Shown here: in pieces, positions 29,440-37,984 of the stretch
Position numbering within the stretch: position 1 is the stretch's first letter
Layout: each line of letters starts with the position of its first letter
Assembly: GCA_019894885.1 (NCBI GenBank)
Contig: JAGXNP010000003.1
Span: forward strand, 1-47,080
Source: Promethearchaeota archaeon
GTDB taxonomy: Archaea > Asgardarchaeota > Lokiarchaeia > Sigyniarchaeales > SOKP01
Reading direction: 5' to 3'
DNA length: 47,080 nucleotides
Program-made: the position numbers and the translations under genes
The notes under the pieces: model-generated
What the model was told of the DNA's origin: nothing
The model's input: the letters and a program-made list of their open reading frames with translations, nothing else
Database searches by the model: none

Positions 29440-30387
29440 GTGCTTTTAATTAGGAAAAATAAATTAAGGATTGGGCATCTCTCTACAGCTTACCATGCGA
29501 ATTTCGTATTAATGGGGAATAAGGACCTAAATCATGAATTTAATAAGGATATTCGATGGAAAATGTTTGGTACTGGTCCATCGATGGTTAAGGCTTTTCA
29601 AGACAATAAGTTAGATATTGGCTATATGGGATTGCCTCCTGCTATTATAGGGATAGATAATGAAGTTCCGATTAAATGTGTAGCTGGTGGTCATGTAGAA
29701 GGGACTATCTTAGTTGCTAATAAAGCATATAAATCAATGGCTCAACTTAATAACAACCTCTCTGATGTATTATCTCAGTTTAAGGGCTGTGCCATTGGAG
29801 TTCCAAGTAAAGGATCGATCCATGAAGTAATCCTTAATTTTTATCTAAAAAAATATAGTCTAGTAGAAGATATCGAAGTAAAACATTATAAACAGGCAGA
29901 ATTTATAGCTACAGACATGCAAAAGGAAATTTTGGGAGGAGGTGTTGGTACTCCCGCTTTAGCAGTTTTTTCTTCAACCATTTTTGATTCCCATCTAATA
30001 ATCCCCCCAGAATTTTTATGGAAGGATAATCCAAGTTATGGTATATTCTTTCATGAAAGTATGATTGAAAATGAACCTGAAACAGTATTAAAATTCTTAC
30101 ATCATAATAAGGAAGCATCTTTGATACTTAGAGAAACTCCCTCAAAGGCAGCTAATATCATATCAAAAACTTTTGAAATTTTAACTGAAAGGTACGTTTC
30201 AGAAGTGTTAAAAATCTCACCAAAATATTGTATAGCTCTTTCAGAAAGATATATTAAATCTACAATGGAATTCGTGAGAACTCTCAAAGAGCTAGGTTAC
30301 ATTAAAAAAGAACTGCGAAATGACGATATTTTTGATCTTATGTTTGTACAAGAAGTGCATCCTGAACCTGAACACTATTCTAAATAA
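29440..30387 (+). CDS. NMT1/SsuA/TauA-type substrate-binding-fold protein with no export signal
   Basis: 'GTGPSMV', 'LDIGYMGLPPAI', 'GGHVEG', 'IGVPSKGSIH'; no hydrophobic N-terminal segment. Confidence 0.8.
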   Translation: MLLIRKNKLRIGHLSTAYHANFVLMGNKDLNHEFNKDIRWKMFGTGPSMVKAFQDNKLDIGYMGLPPAIIGIDNEVPIKCVAGGHVEGTILVANKAYKSMAQLNNNLSDVLSQFKGCAIGVPSKGSIHEVILNFYLKKYSLVEDIEVKHYKQAEFIATDMQKEILGGGVGTPALAVFSSTIFDSHLIIPPEFLWKDNPSYGIFFHESMIENEPETVLKFLHHNKEASLILRETPSKAANIISKTFEILTERYVSEVLKISPKYCIALSERYIKSTMEFVRTLKELGYIKKELRNDDIFDLMFVQEVHPEPEHYSK

Positions 30388-30407
30388 GAGACACGAATAA
30401 AAAAAAA

Positions 30408-31286
30408 TTAGGTATTATTTCTTCGCCAGATTAGTAAAGAGATTAAGCCAATGGAGACTAATAATGCTGGGTAAACAATTACTTCTAATAAAGCAGGATT
30501 AGCATTATATCCAAATAGCGCTTTTAGCAATGCTCCGATAATTTCTAAGAATTCTAGAGTGGCTGGATTCCCATCGGGAAAGCTTTCCGGTAAAATGTGC
30601 TTAATGTTCCAAACTTCGTTAATAATCGGGGGAATTATTCCCGCTTCGATAAATTCGTGAATTCCATAAGTAATTAATCCCGCAGCGAACAGTATTAGCA
30701 TCACATTTGTTATTTTAAAAAATACCTTTAGATTTATGGATTTTATACCATAGAAAATTAAAAATCCAATAAGAATCGAAATTGTTAACCCAATAATAGA
30801 ACCTAATATAACACTAATTTGATTTAAGGACCCTATCGATGCGGAACCTGTCGTTAGCAGAACCAATTCTATTCCTTCTCTAATTATAATTATAAATGTA
30901 GTAATCGAAATCGAGAACACTTTTTGAGTTCTAATGGAATCTTCAACCTTTCCTTCGAGATTTTCTCTCATCTTTGGGCCTTCTTTGCTAACCCATAAAA
31001 CTAAAGTTAATATAAAAATCCCTGAAACGATAAATGTTGTTCCCTCAAAAATCTCTTCAAGTATACCGGTAAATCCACCAAATGCTATTGAGAATATTAT
31101 AGCAAATACGATGCTTGCAATTGTCGCTAAAATTATTCCTAGGTATACATATTTATAATAAATCTTTTGGTTGGTCTTCCTTAAATATAATAAAATTATT
31201 ACTACGACTAAGACAGCTTCTAATCCTTCTCTTAATGCTAAAAAAATCGGGATTGGTAGATCAACTAGTGATATCTGATTTAACAT
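30408..31286 (-). CDS. FTR1-family high-affinity iron permease
   Basis: Two RExxE motifs (LREGLE, IREGIE), 'AAGL...GIHEF', 'LFGY'. Confidence 0.93.
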   Translation of the reverse strand: MLNQISLVDLPIPIFLALREGLEAVLVVVIILLYLRKTNQKIYYKYVYLGIILATIASIVFAIIFSIAFGGFTGILEEIFEGTTFIVSGIFILTLVLWVSKEGPKMRENLEGKVEDSIRTQKVFSISITTFIIIIREGIELVLLTTGSASIGSLNQISVILGSIIGLTISILIGFLIFYGIKSINLKVFFKITNVMLILFAAGLITYGIHEFIEAGIIPPIINEVWNIKHILPESFPDGNPATLEFLEIIGALLKALFGYNANPALLEVIVYPALLVSIGLISLLIWRRNNT

Positions 31287-31357
31287 GTTTTAACCACCAT
31301 ATAAAATATTTTAAAGTAATTTTCTATGTAAATAAAGAAAAAATAGAGATTTAAATC

Positions 31358-31371
31358 TTAGGTTTATCTAA
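31358..31371. promoter_or_regulatory. Candidate DtxR/MntR-family metal box upstream of FTR1
   Basis: TTAGGTTTATCTAA (TTAG-N6-CTAA), about 70 bp upstream of the FTR1 start and directly adjacent to a minus-strand TATA-like TTTTTTATAT. Confidence 0.45.
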
Positions 31372-31638
31372 TATAAAAAAAGAAATCTCACTCGAAATAA
31401 GATTTTTCTTTTAAATCGTTAAAATTTATTAAATAAAAGTGATATTTAAATATTTAAATAAAAGATAATGAAAAAATTCATTATATAAATGATTGTAGCG
31501 TTTATTTACAGCACTTAATTATTTAAATACCGATTAATAAAAATAACTTTACAAGTAAAGTAATATCTTTATTTATTTCATTAACGAAATAAAAAACAAA
31601 AATTAACTCATAAAAACATACTTTTTGGTGGTAAATAA

Positions 31639-32472
31639 ATGAATATGACTCAATTGATCAAATGTATAATAGCAGTTGGAGTTGGTTTTTTCATGCTCCT
31701 CGTTGCGCCTATTCTGGTGCAGATTTCTCTGGAAGCTCTTTTAGGCGAACTTCTCATCATCGTAGTAACTCAACCCCAGTTTAGTAGTGGAATTACTCTA
31801 TTCTCCTTATTTTATCCTTTGTGGCGAGCTATAGGATATATAGCAGGAATTGTTCTATTAGCCATGGTCCCATCAATCTATAAAGGTAAGGAATGGACGA
31901 TGAAAGTGGAATTAACTGCTTATGCAGTACCAGCTGTTAGTGGAATGTTTATGTTTCTCCCTTATATAAGTTTCGTGGGAGGTTTCCCGATACCTATGAT
32001 AATCTCATTTGTTGGATTGCTGGGTTTTTGGAGTGTATTTTTATTTCAAAAATATGATAGTGTTCTTGAAAAAATAGTGAATATAATTACTTATACATTT
32101 ATAGGTATGCTGACTACACACGCGTTTGTTATAGGCGTTGGAGCACAAAGAATGTTACTCACACGCGCAGCGGCACCTCTTTTCGATGGTTTGGAATGGT
32201 GGATACTAACTCTATCAGGTGAGGTCAACTGGATGGCCGTTCTTATGCTCTTCGCTTCCATCCCTTTGATGGCAGAGCGTAAGAAGAATGGATGGTGGAT
32301 AGCATTAGTTGCGGCATTAACAATTGTAACGATCAATATTCCTACACAGATTATTCGAACGAGAACATTAGATTATCTGATAGGAGCGATACTTGCAGCT
32401 GGGTTACTAGCACTTCTATTGATATTTAAAGACCGCTTGATTGATGAGAACCAAACTAACTTAAGAGAGTAA
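31639..32472 (+). CDS. 8-TM membrane protein, distant paralog of 19780..20637
   Basis: Hydrophobic with a 2x4-TM appearance; GGTGG RBS. Confidence 0.75.
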   Translation: MNMTQLIKCIIAVGVGFFMLLVAPILVQISLEALLGELLIIVVTQPQFSSGITLFSLFYPLWRAIGYIAGIVLLAMVPSIYKGKEWTMKVELTAYAVPAVSGMFMFLPYISFVGGFPIPMIISFVGLLGFWSVFLFQKYDSVLEKIVNIITYTFIGMLTTHAFVIGVGAQRMLLTRAAAPLFDGLEWWILTLSGEVNWMAVLMLFASIPLMAERKKNGWWIALVAALTIVTINIPTQIIRTRTLDYLIGAILAAGLLALLLIFKDRLIDENQTNLRE

Positions 32473-32548
32473 TTTTCTCTTTTTTTTTCCTTTTTTGATG
32501 TAAATATTAGCATTAACTATTTATTTCAAAATAATTTATTTTGTTAAT

Positions 32549-32917
32549 ATGGTTATTTTTACCTTTGTAGTATGCGCTGAGCCTTATAAATTCGAAGCAC
32601 TAGACACGATGCTTAACTTAGGACAAGCAATCCTAAAGAAAGGTCATAAAATATTGGGGATTTTTTTTTATGGAAGCGGGGTGTATAGCGCAAAACGGGA
32701 AATACATATAAGTTCATCAATGAGAGATTTACCTAAACGACTCGAAAATTTTGTCAACGAGAATGATATGAACCTATCTGCTTGTAGCACATGGATGAAC
32801 TTTACTGGCTTAAAACCTGAGGAGTTAATCGAAAGAGCGTGTCAAGTAGGTTTAGGAGGATTATCAGAGTGGATGGCAGAATCAGATAGAGTAATAGTTT
32901 TTGGCCCTGGAGGATGA
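32549..32917 (+). CDS. dsrE: DsrE/TusD-like sulfur transferase
   Basis: 'EPY', 'GHKILGIFFYGSGVY', active-site-position 'SACS', 'GLGGL', 'SDRVIVF'. Confidence 0.85.
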   Translation: MVIFTFVVCAEPYKFEALDTMLNLGQAILKKGHKILGIFFYGSGVYSAKREIHISSSMRDLPKRLENFVNENDMNLSACSTWMNFTGLKPEELIERACQVGLGGLSEWMAESDRVIVFGPGG

Positions 32918-32921
32918 TAGC

Positions 32922-33290
32922 ATGGTTAAATCAGTAGTAATTTTATGTGAGGATTCTCCCATTGGTAAGAACTCAGCTGTCGAAGCGATCCGTATGGGTG
33001 CTGGAATTATGGCAGTAGGAGATCTAGATAAATGTAAGATAATCTTTATGGCTGACTCCGTCTACTTTTTATCCAAGAATTTTGACCCAGAGAAGGTCAA
33101 TAGGGACGCCCCTTCGAATATTTTTAGGATGATGGAACTTTCTGATTTAGAAGTTTACGCTCTAGATTCTGCTTTAGAAATTGCGGGCATTAACCATTCT
33201 GATTTAATAGAATTTGACAATATAAAAGTAGCAAGTATGCTAGAAATTTCAAAATTTATCTTAGAAGCAGATGTTATGTATAGGTATTGA
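32922..33290 (+). CDS. dsrF: DsrF/TusC-like protein
   Basis: MVKSVVIL...SPIG...EAIRMG, 'IFMADSVY', 'DSALEIAGI'; second gene of the triad. Confidence 0.75.
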   Translation: MVKSVVILCEDSPIGKNSAVEAIRMGAGIMAVGDLDKCKIIFMADSVYFLSKNFDPEKVNRDAPSNIFRMMELSDLEVYALDSALEIAGINHSDLIEFDNIKVASMLEISKFILEADVMYRY

Positions 33291-33299
33291 TATGTTGAG

Positions 33300-33650
33300 G
33301 TGATAATTATAGAAAATGAGAAAGCTATTGTATATCTATATGGATTCAGTACTAGAAAACGGATGTACATAGATAATTTGTTAGGTATTTTAAGTGAACA
33401 GACTAAAAATAATATTAGTATTGCAATCGTTCTAATTCACGATGGAGTAATAGGAACATCACAAAGAGGTACAATACCACGCTTATTAGATAAATTGTTA
33501 AACCTCTCAATATCGGTATTTGCACTGTTACCTGATCTATTAGCGCGAGGAATTGAACCAAATACGGTTGATCCTAGAATTAAATGTATTGAATACGAAG
33601 ATCTTGTGGAAATTTTAGCGGAAACTCCTAAAGTCGCTTCTTGGATGTAA
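33300..33650 (+). CDS. dsrH: DsrH/TusB-like protein
   Basis: 'VLIHDGV', 'DLLARGI', 'IEYEDLVEIL', C-terminal 'ASW'. Confidence 0.8.
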   Translation: MIIIENEKAIVYLYGFSTRKRMYIDNLLGILSEQTKNNISIAIVLIHDGVIGTSQRGTIPRLLDKLLNLSISVFALLPDLLARGIEPNTVDPRIKCIEYEDLVEILAETPKVASWM

Positions 33651-33739
33651 GACTAAATTCAAAATCTATTAACTTTTTATTATTAGTTATCTAAATATTC
33701 ATTAATTATTCTATTTGAAATCTGAATGGTAAGGAAAAA

Positions 33740-34527
33740 TTGCAAATTATAGATTTAGAGGAAAAATACAACCATCTTTATTTTATGTGTTTAGAAGATT
33801 GGAGCGACGAAATGAAAGAAGCTGGTGACCATAAAGAGCGTTGGTACAATAAGATGAAAAGTGAAGGTCTTGGAGTAAAATTGGCATTAAATAAAAAAGA
33901 AGAGTTAGTAGGAATGATACAATACATTCCAATTGAGCATTCTTTTGCTGAAGGAGACAATTTATACTATATCAATTGTATATGGGTACACGGCTATGAT
34001 GAGGGCGTTGGTAACTTTCAAAAAAAAGGAATAGGTAAGAAATTGATAAGAGCTGCCGAGGAAGATGTCCGAAACAGAGGAGCTAAAGGAATGGTAGCTT
34101 GGGGTGTTTCGCTACCTTTTTGGATGAAAGCTTCTTGGTTCAAAAAACAAGGATATGAAAAAGTCGATAGACAAAGTATAACAGTGTTACTATGGAAACC
34201 ATTTTCCGACGATGCGATTGCAACTAAATGGATAAAACAGAAAAAAATACCTGAGAAAATACAGGGAAAAGTATCGATAACAGCATTTTTAAACGGATGG
34301 TGTCCTTCTCAGAACATCGTGTTTGAAAGAGCAAAAAAAGTAGCCTCAGAATTCGGAGATAATGTAGTTTTTACAGAAATAGATACATTTAATAGGGATA
34401 TATTTTCAGAAAATGGGGTATTGCTGATGCCCTTTTTATCGATGGGAAGGAAGTTAGAACTGAACCTCCGCCATCATACGAAGATATTAAGAATAAAATA
34501 GCTAAACGAGTCAAGAAACTAAAATAA
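33740..34527 (+). pseudogene. GNAT acetyltransferase with C-terminal thioredoxin-like domain, frameshifted near the 3' end
   Basis: GNAT motif 'CIWV...FQKKGIGKKLI'. After the A4 run at 34410-34413 the plausible C-terminus WGIADALFIDGKEVRTEPPPSYEDIKNKIAKRVKKLK* continues in another frame to TAA 34527. Confidence 0.75.
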
Positions 34528-34651
34528 TTAAGTTCATGTTTATAAGTTATAATGAGAAGATTCAATATTTATAACCAATATTCAATAATCAATAAATTAT
34601 CAATATTTCAAGCAATTTTATGAAATAATATAAATAAAATGAGGTTCTATT

Positions 34652-35056
34652 ATGTTATTTGAAATCTTTAACGAAGATTGGGCTCAAACTTTTGGCACCC
34701 TTGAAGATATCATGTGGTTTCTGATCTTATACTTCATCTTTTTAATTGTCATGGCGATCTTTCTTAAAATCGCTTTGAGTTTCTTCAGTAATACAAGACA
34801 TACGGAGTTCGGACCAGTATTTGCATCATCTTTTGTAATAACTATTATTTATGCCCTAACATTTCTATTCATTAGTAGTTGGTTGGTGGCATGGATAATT
34901 GTATTAATTGCTGCGTGGTTGATAATTAGTGCTAGTCATCATACAGGATTTTTAGGAGCGATAGCGGTAACCATCGTGGCTTTTATACTCTATATTATCG
35001 TTGCTATATTACTTGGCTTACTATTGGGTGTTACATTAATAGTGTTACCATTTTAA
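34652..35056 (+). CDS. Hypothetical 4-TM membrane protein
   Basis: 134 aa, hydrophobic; GAGGT RBS. Confidence 0.75.
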   Translation: MLFEIFNEDWAQTFGTLEDIMWFLILYFIFLIVMAIFLKIALSFFSNTRHTEFGPVFASSFVITIIYALTFLFISSWLVAWIIVLIAAWLIISASHHTGFLGAIAVTIVAFILYIIVAILLGLLLGVTLIVLPF

Positions 35057-35151
35057 ATTTTTTTTATTTTTTCTAAATTAACTTAGAACTTAGGTAGTAA
35101 GGGAATTTTGGACTAAAATAAATGGTTAATAGATATTTATCAAAATACGGT

Positions 35152-35598
35152 TTAGCAAGTTTCACCATCTTTTTCGTAGCAATCAAAAATACTATCTAAA
35201 TTTTCAATATAATTTACCATAGATTTATACCATCTATCAAGTAAATCGTGTAATTGGCTCCTGATTATTTCTAAATTTTTAGCACCATAAACGTACAAAT
35301 ATCCGCGTATGTTTTTTACTTCTTGATCTGATGTTTCATTATAGTCTTTCAAGGACATTGATCTCTTTTCTATGATATCGAGATCGTGTAAAACTTGAAG
35401 TGCCCTTTGGATTGAACTACGATCTTTTTTAAAGACTCCAGTTAAATCCATAGTAGTCACATTGTCGTGCTTCAATAAATAAGAAAAAACATTTGATTCA
35501 ATAACATTTAATCCTAATATGCATTTAAACAGCTTTCCGCTTTTGAAAACTTTTTTCTCTTCAACCATATCTTTTAGTTGTTCTGAAATACTTTCCAT
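35152..35598 (-). CDS. Archaeal HTH transcriptional regulator (TrmB-like/COG3355-type)
   Basis: 'KCILGLN', 'KKDRSSIQRALQVL...IIEK', 'RGYLYVY', 'LDRWY'. Confidence 0.8.
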   Translation of the reverse strand: MESISEQLKDMVEEKKVFKSGKLFKCILGLNVIESNVFSYLLKHDNVTTMDLTGVFKKDRSSIQRALQVLHDLDIIEKRSMSLKDYNETSDQEVKNIRGYLYVYGAKNLEIIRSQLHDLLDRWYKSMVNYIENLDSIFDCYEKDGETC

Positions 35599-35658
35599 GG
35601 TTTTCCACCAATATATTTAGTTGGATTCTATAAAGTTAAGAAATTAAAGATAAAAAAA

Positions 35659-36066
35659 TTAAGTAAACGATTTTAACTTCTCTAATACTTTTCTTATATA
35701 CTCTTCGTTCGCCGCACCAACAATTTTGTGAATCACTTTATCGTTCTTAATGAATAGCGTTGTAGGAATTCCAGTTATTCTATAATTTTGCGCAATTGAA
35801 CCAACTTCGTCAACATTTATTTTAACAAAAATAAATTCTTGATAGTGCTCCTTTTGAATCTTTTCGAATACTGGGGCGAACATCATGCACGGTGAACACC
35901 AAACGGCCCAAAAATCTATGATCAAAATCTTATCAGGATACTCCTTTTTTAGATTTTCAAATTCTTGTGCCGAATGAATTTTAACTATTTCTGTTGGCAT
36001 GGATTGAGATTTTAACAGCATTTCAGCCTTTTTTAGCCTAATTTTATTCAAGTCATTTTCAGTCAT
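35659..36066 (-). CDS. trxA: Thioredoxin
   Basis: DFWAVWCSPC, KINVDE, GIPT, IVGA; start set at ATG 36066 (MTENDLNKIRLKK). Confidence 0.9.
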   Translation of the reverse strand: MTENDLNKIRLKKAEMLLKSQSMPTEIVKIHSAQEFENLKKEYPDKILIIDFWAVWCSPCMMFAPVFEKIQKEHYQEFIFVKINVDEVGSIAQNYRITGIPTTLFIKNDKVIHKIVGAANEEYIRKVLEKLKSFT

Positions 36067-36198
36067 TTTCTTAGCTTTTTCGTGTATTTTAAAGATGTGA
36101 GATAGTTCCGCACAATCACACAACTTTCTTAATTGGGATCATTTAAGCTTCTATTTAAAGATGGTGCTTATAAAAAAAAATAAAATAATTCTTGAATC

Positions 36199-36986
36199 TT
36201 ATTCTAACTGCTTACTTTTCCCTTTATAATAACGCAATTTCGTTTCTAGATGCCACCACAAAACACCTATAGGTATAGTTATCATCCAATTCATAATTAG
36301 TAACAATACACTAATAATAATTTCATTTGAAGAATAACCAAAAATATTTATAATAAGTGGAGCTTCAACCCAAAGGTTATACATAGTCTCACTGATAGCA
36401 AAATAGAGATTTTGGACAAGGAAAATATGAAAAGATGATTTTCCTATATATTTAATTACTTTGCCGATTCTTTTTTCATAAGTATCTGGTAATATCTTCA
36501 AGATTAATAATATTATAACCGCAGAGTAAGGGAAAAAGAGATAGTTATAATCTCCTCTTATTAAATGAGCCCCATCTATTGCTAATCAATAGTCAAAGAA
36601 CTGATATTGTATAAGATATAGTAAATTAACTGGAAATAATATACATATGAAAAAATTCTTCTTACTGAATATATTATGTTCCTTAGAAAACCACAAACCT
36701 ATTCCTATTGCAGAGAGATGCAAGAATATGCTATAATGGAAGTATATTTCAACCGTCCAATCATCAAGGGTAGATTTTTCTCGCAAATGATTTGCCAATA
36801 TTAAAGCCCATTATAATTAAAAAAACGGGAATAGCTATTCGTTCCCATAATTTTTACCAATTCGGGACTCATATATGACCTAGAATGATCAAGGACAACG
36901 AGCATAATCATCCAAGCCTTAAGAAAATCAATTTGAAAGAAATTAATCTAATCTTTTTTTTGCATTAATTCGTTTTTTTCCACCAT
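36199..36986 (-). pseudogene. Degraded membrane acyltransferase (Acyltransferase-3/OafA-like)
   Basis: From ATG 36986: MVEKNELMQKKD* (TAG 36948-50), then INFFQIDFLKAWMIMLVVLDHS, a frameshift, LWERIAIPVFLIIMGFN, another frameshift/deletion, ...QFFDY* (TGA 36586-88), then in frame LAIDGAHLIRGDYN...IGKSSFHIFLVQ. Confidence 0.8.
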
Positions 36987-37142
36987 TTTATCCCCTAACA
37001 TTAAAACAACTCAAATTTAAAATTATAAATTATCGTCATTTATAAGAATATTTTATCATTATAAACTCAGTCATCATTTAAAAATACTTAAAAGCGTAAA
37101 TTTCTATAATCTTTCTATAATTATATTTCATTATAGTTAAAG

Positions 37143-37895
37143 ATGAAGTTACACTCACTTTTTATTTTGACTAAGGCGGGAGCTTGTCTATACAGCAGAA
37201 ATATTACAAAAGATTTTGAGAATATAGAACCAAATCTGATAACACCTTTTTTCTCGGCTATTTTTTCCTTTTCTGAAAACGTTATTTCTAAAGAAACACC
37301 CGAAATCCTCGAAATGGGTGGTTTTAGAATAGTTTTCAAAGTAGAAGGTGAGCATATTTACGCTATTCTAGCAGATACAAGCGCTAATATTTTGTATATT
37401 AACTCTAGATTGGCTAGCATCATTCAAATATTTAAAGAATTCCTCCAGAATAACATAGTTGAAGATTACGAAAAAATCCAAAATAGCGACTTCGATGCTA
37501 AAATTGATTCGATTATAAAAGGGGAGGATGAATTATCTTCAAGTCAGCCATTATATAAAAAGATAATCGATCTTATTAAAAGATTAACCCTTGAAAACGA
37601 AATTCTTGGAGCAGCGTTATTTTCTATAAATGGAAATGTAATTTTTTCATCCTTACCGCATGATATATTATTGTCCTCTCTTAAAGAATTAGAAATTCGA
37701 CATATAGTAGCCAATGAATACTCCCTAACATTTTATAGTTTAGAGAACAATCAGAAAGTATTTTCGAGAATAATTGATATTCCCTGGAAGTTAGATCCGA
37801 TTTTGATAGTATTACTATATGAGTCTTCAGTCCCTCTTGGTATGGCAGAAGTGAATTTAGAAAAGATAACAAAAACTATTCAAAACATTATATAG
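37143..37895 (+). CDS. Longin domain + roadblock/profilin-like domain protein
   Basis: Longin pattern 'LHSLFILTKAGACLYSR...LITPFFSAIFSFSE...LEMGGFRIVF...IYAILAD'; second domain 'ILGAALFSINGNVIFSSL'. Confidence 0.75.
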   Translation: MKLHSLFILTKAGACLYSRNITKDFENIEPNLITPFFSAIFSFSENVISKETPEILEMGGFRIVFKVEGEHIYAILADTSANILYINSRLASIIQIFKEFLQNNIVEDYEKIQNSDFDAKIDSIIKGEDELSSSQPLYKKIIDLIKRLTLENEILGAALFSINGNVIFSSLPHDILLSSLKELEIRHIVANEYSLTFYSLENNQKVFSRIIDIPWKLDPILIVLLYESSVPLGMAEVNLEKITKTIQNII

Positions 37896-37984
37896 TTCTT
37901 AATCACATTTTATCCTTTAACCAGAATTCTAAGATTCGGAAAAATAAAATAACCTTTTTTTATGGTTAATGATTTTGGAACTTT

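Noticed and set aside
32549-33650. Dissimilatory sulfur oxidation inferred from dsrEFH
   Set aside because: No dsrAB or dsrC in the window; the context points to biosynthetic sulfur relay.
36067-36123. Cys-containing N-terminal extension of thioredoxin (MCDCAEL...)
   Set aside because: Depends on a TTG start; ATG 36066 gives a typical archaeal thioredoxin N-terminus.
36586-36588. In-frame TGA as possible selenocysteine (Lokiarchaeia encode Sec)
   Set aside because: It lies in a membrane acyltransferase remnant that also has a TAG and frameshifts; there is no redox motif, and I recognised no SECIS.
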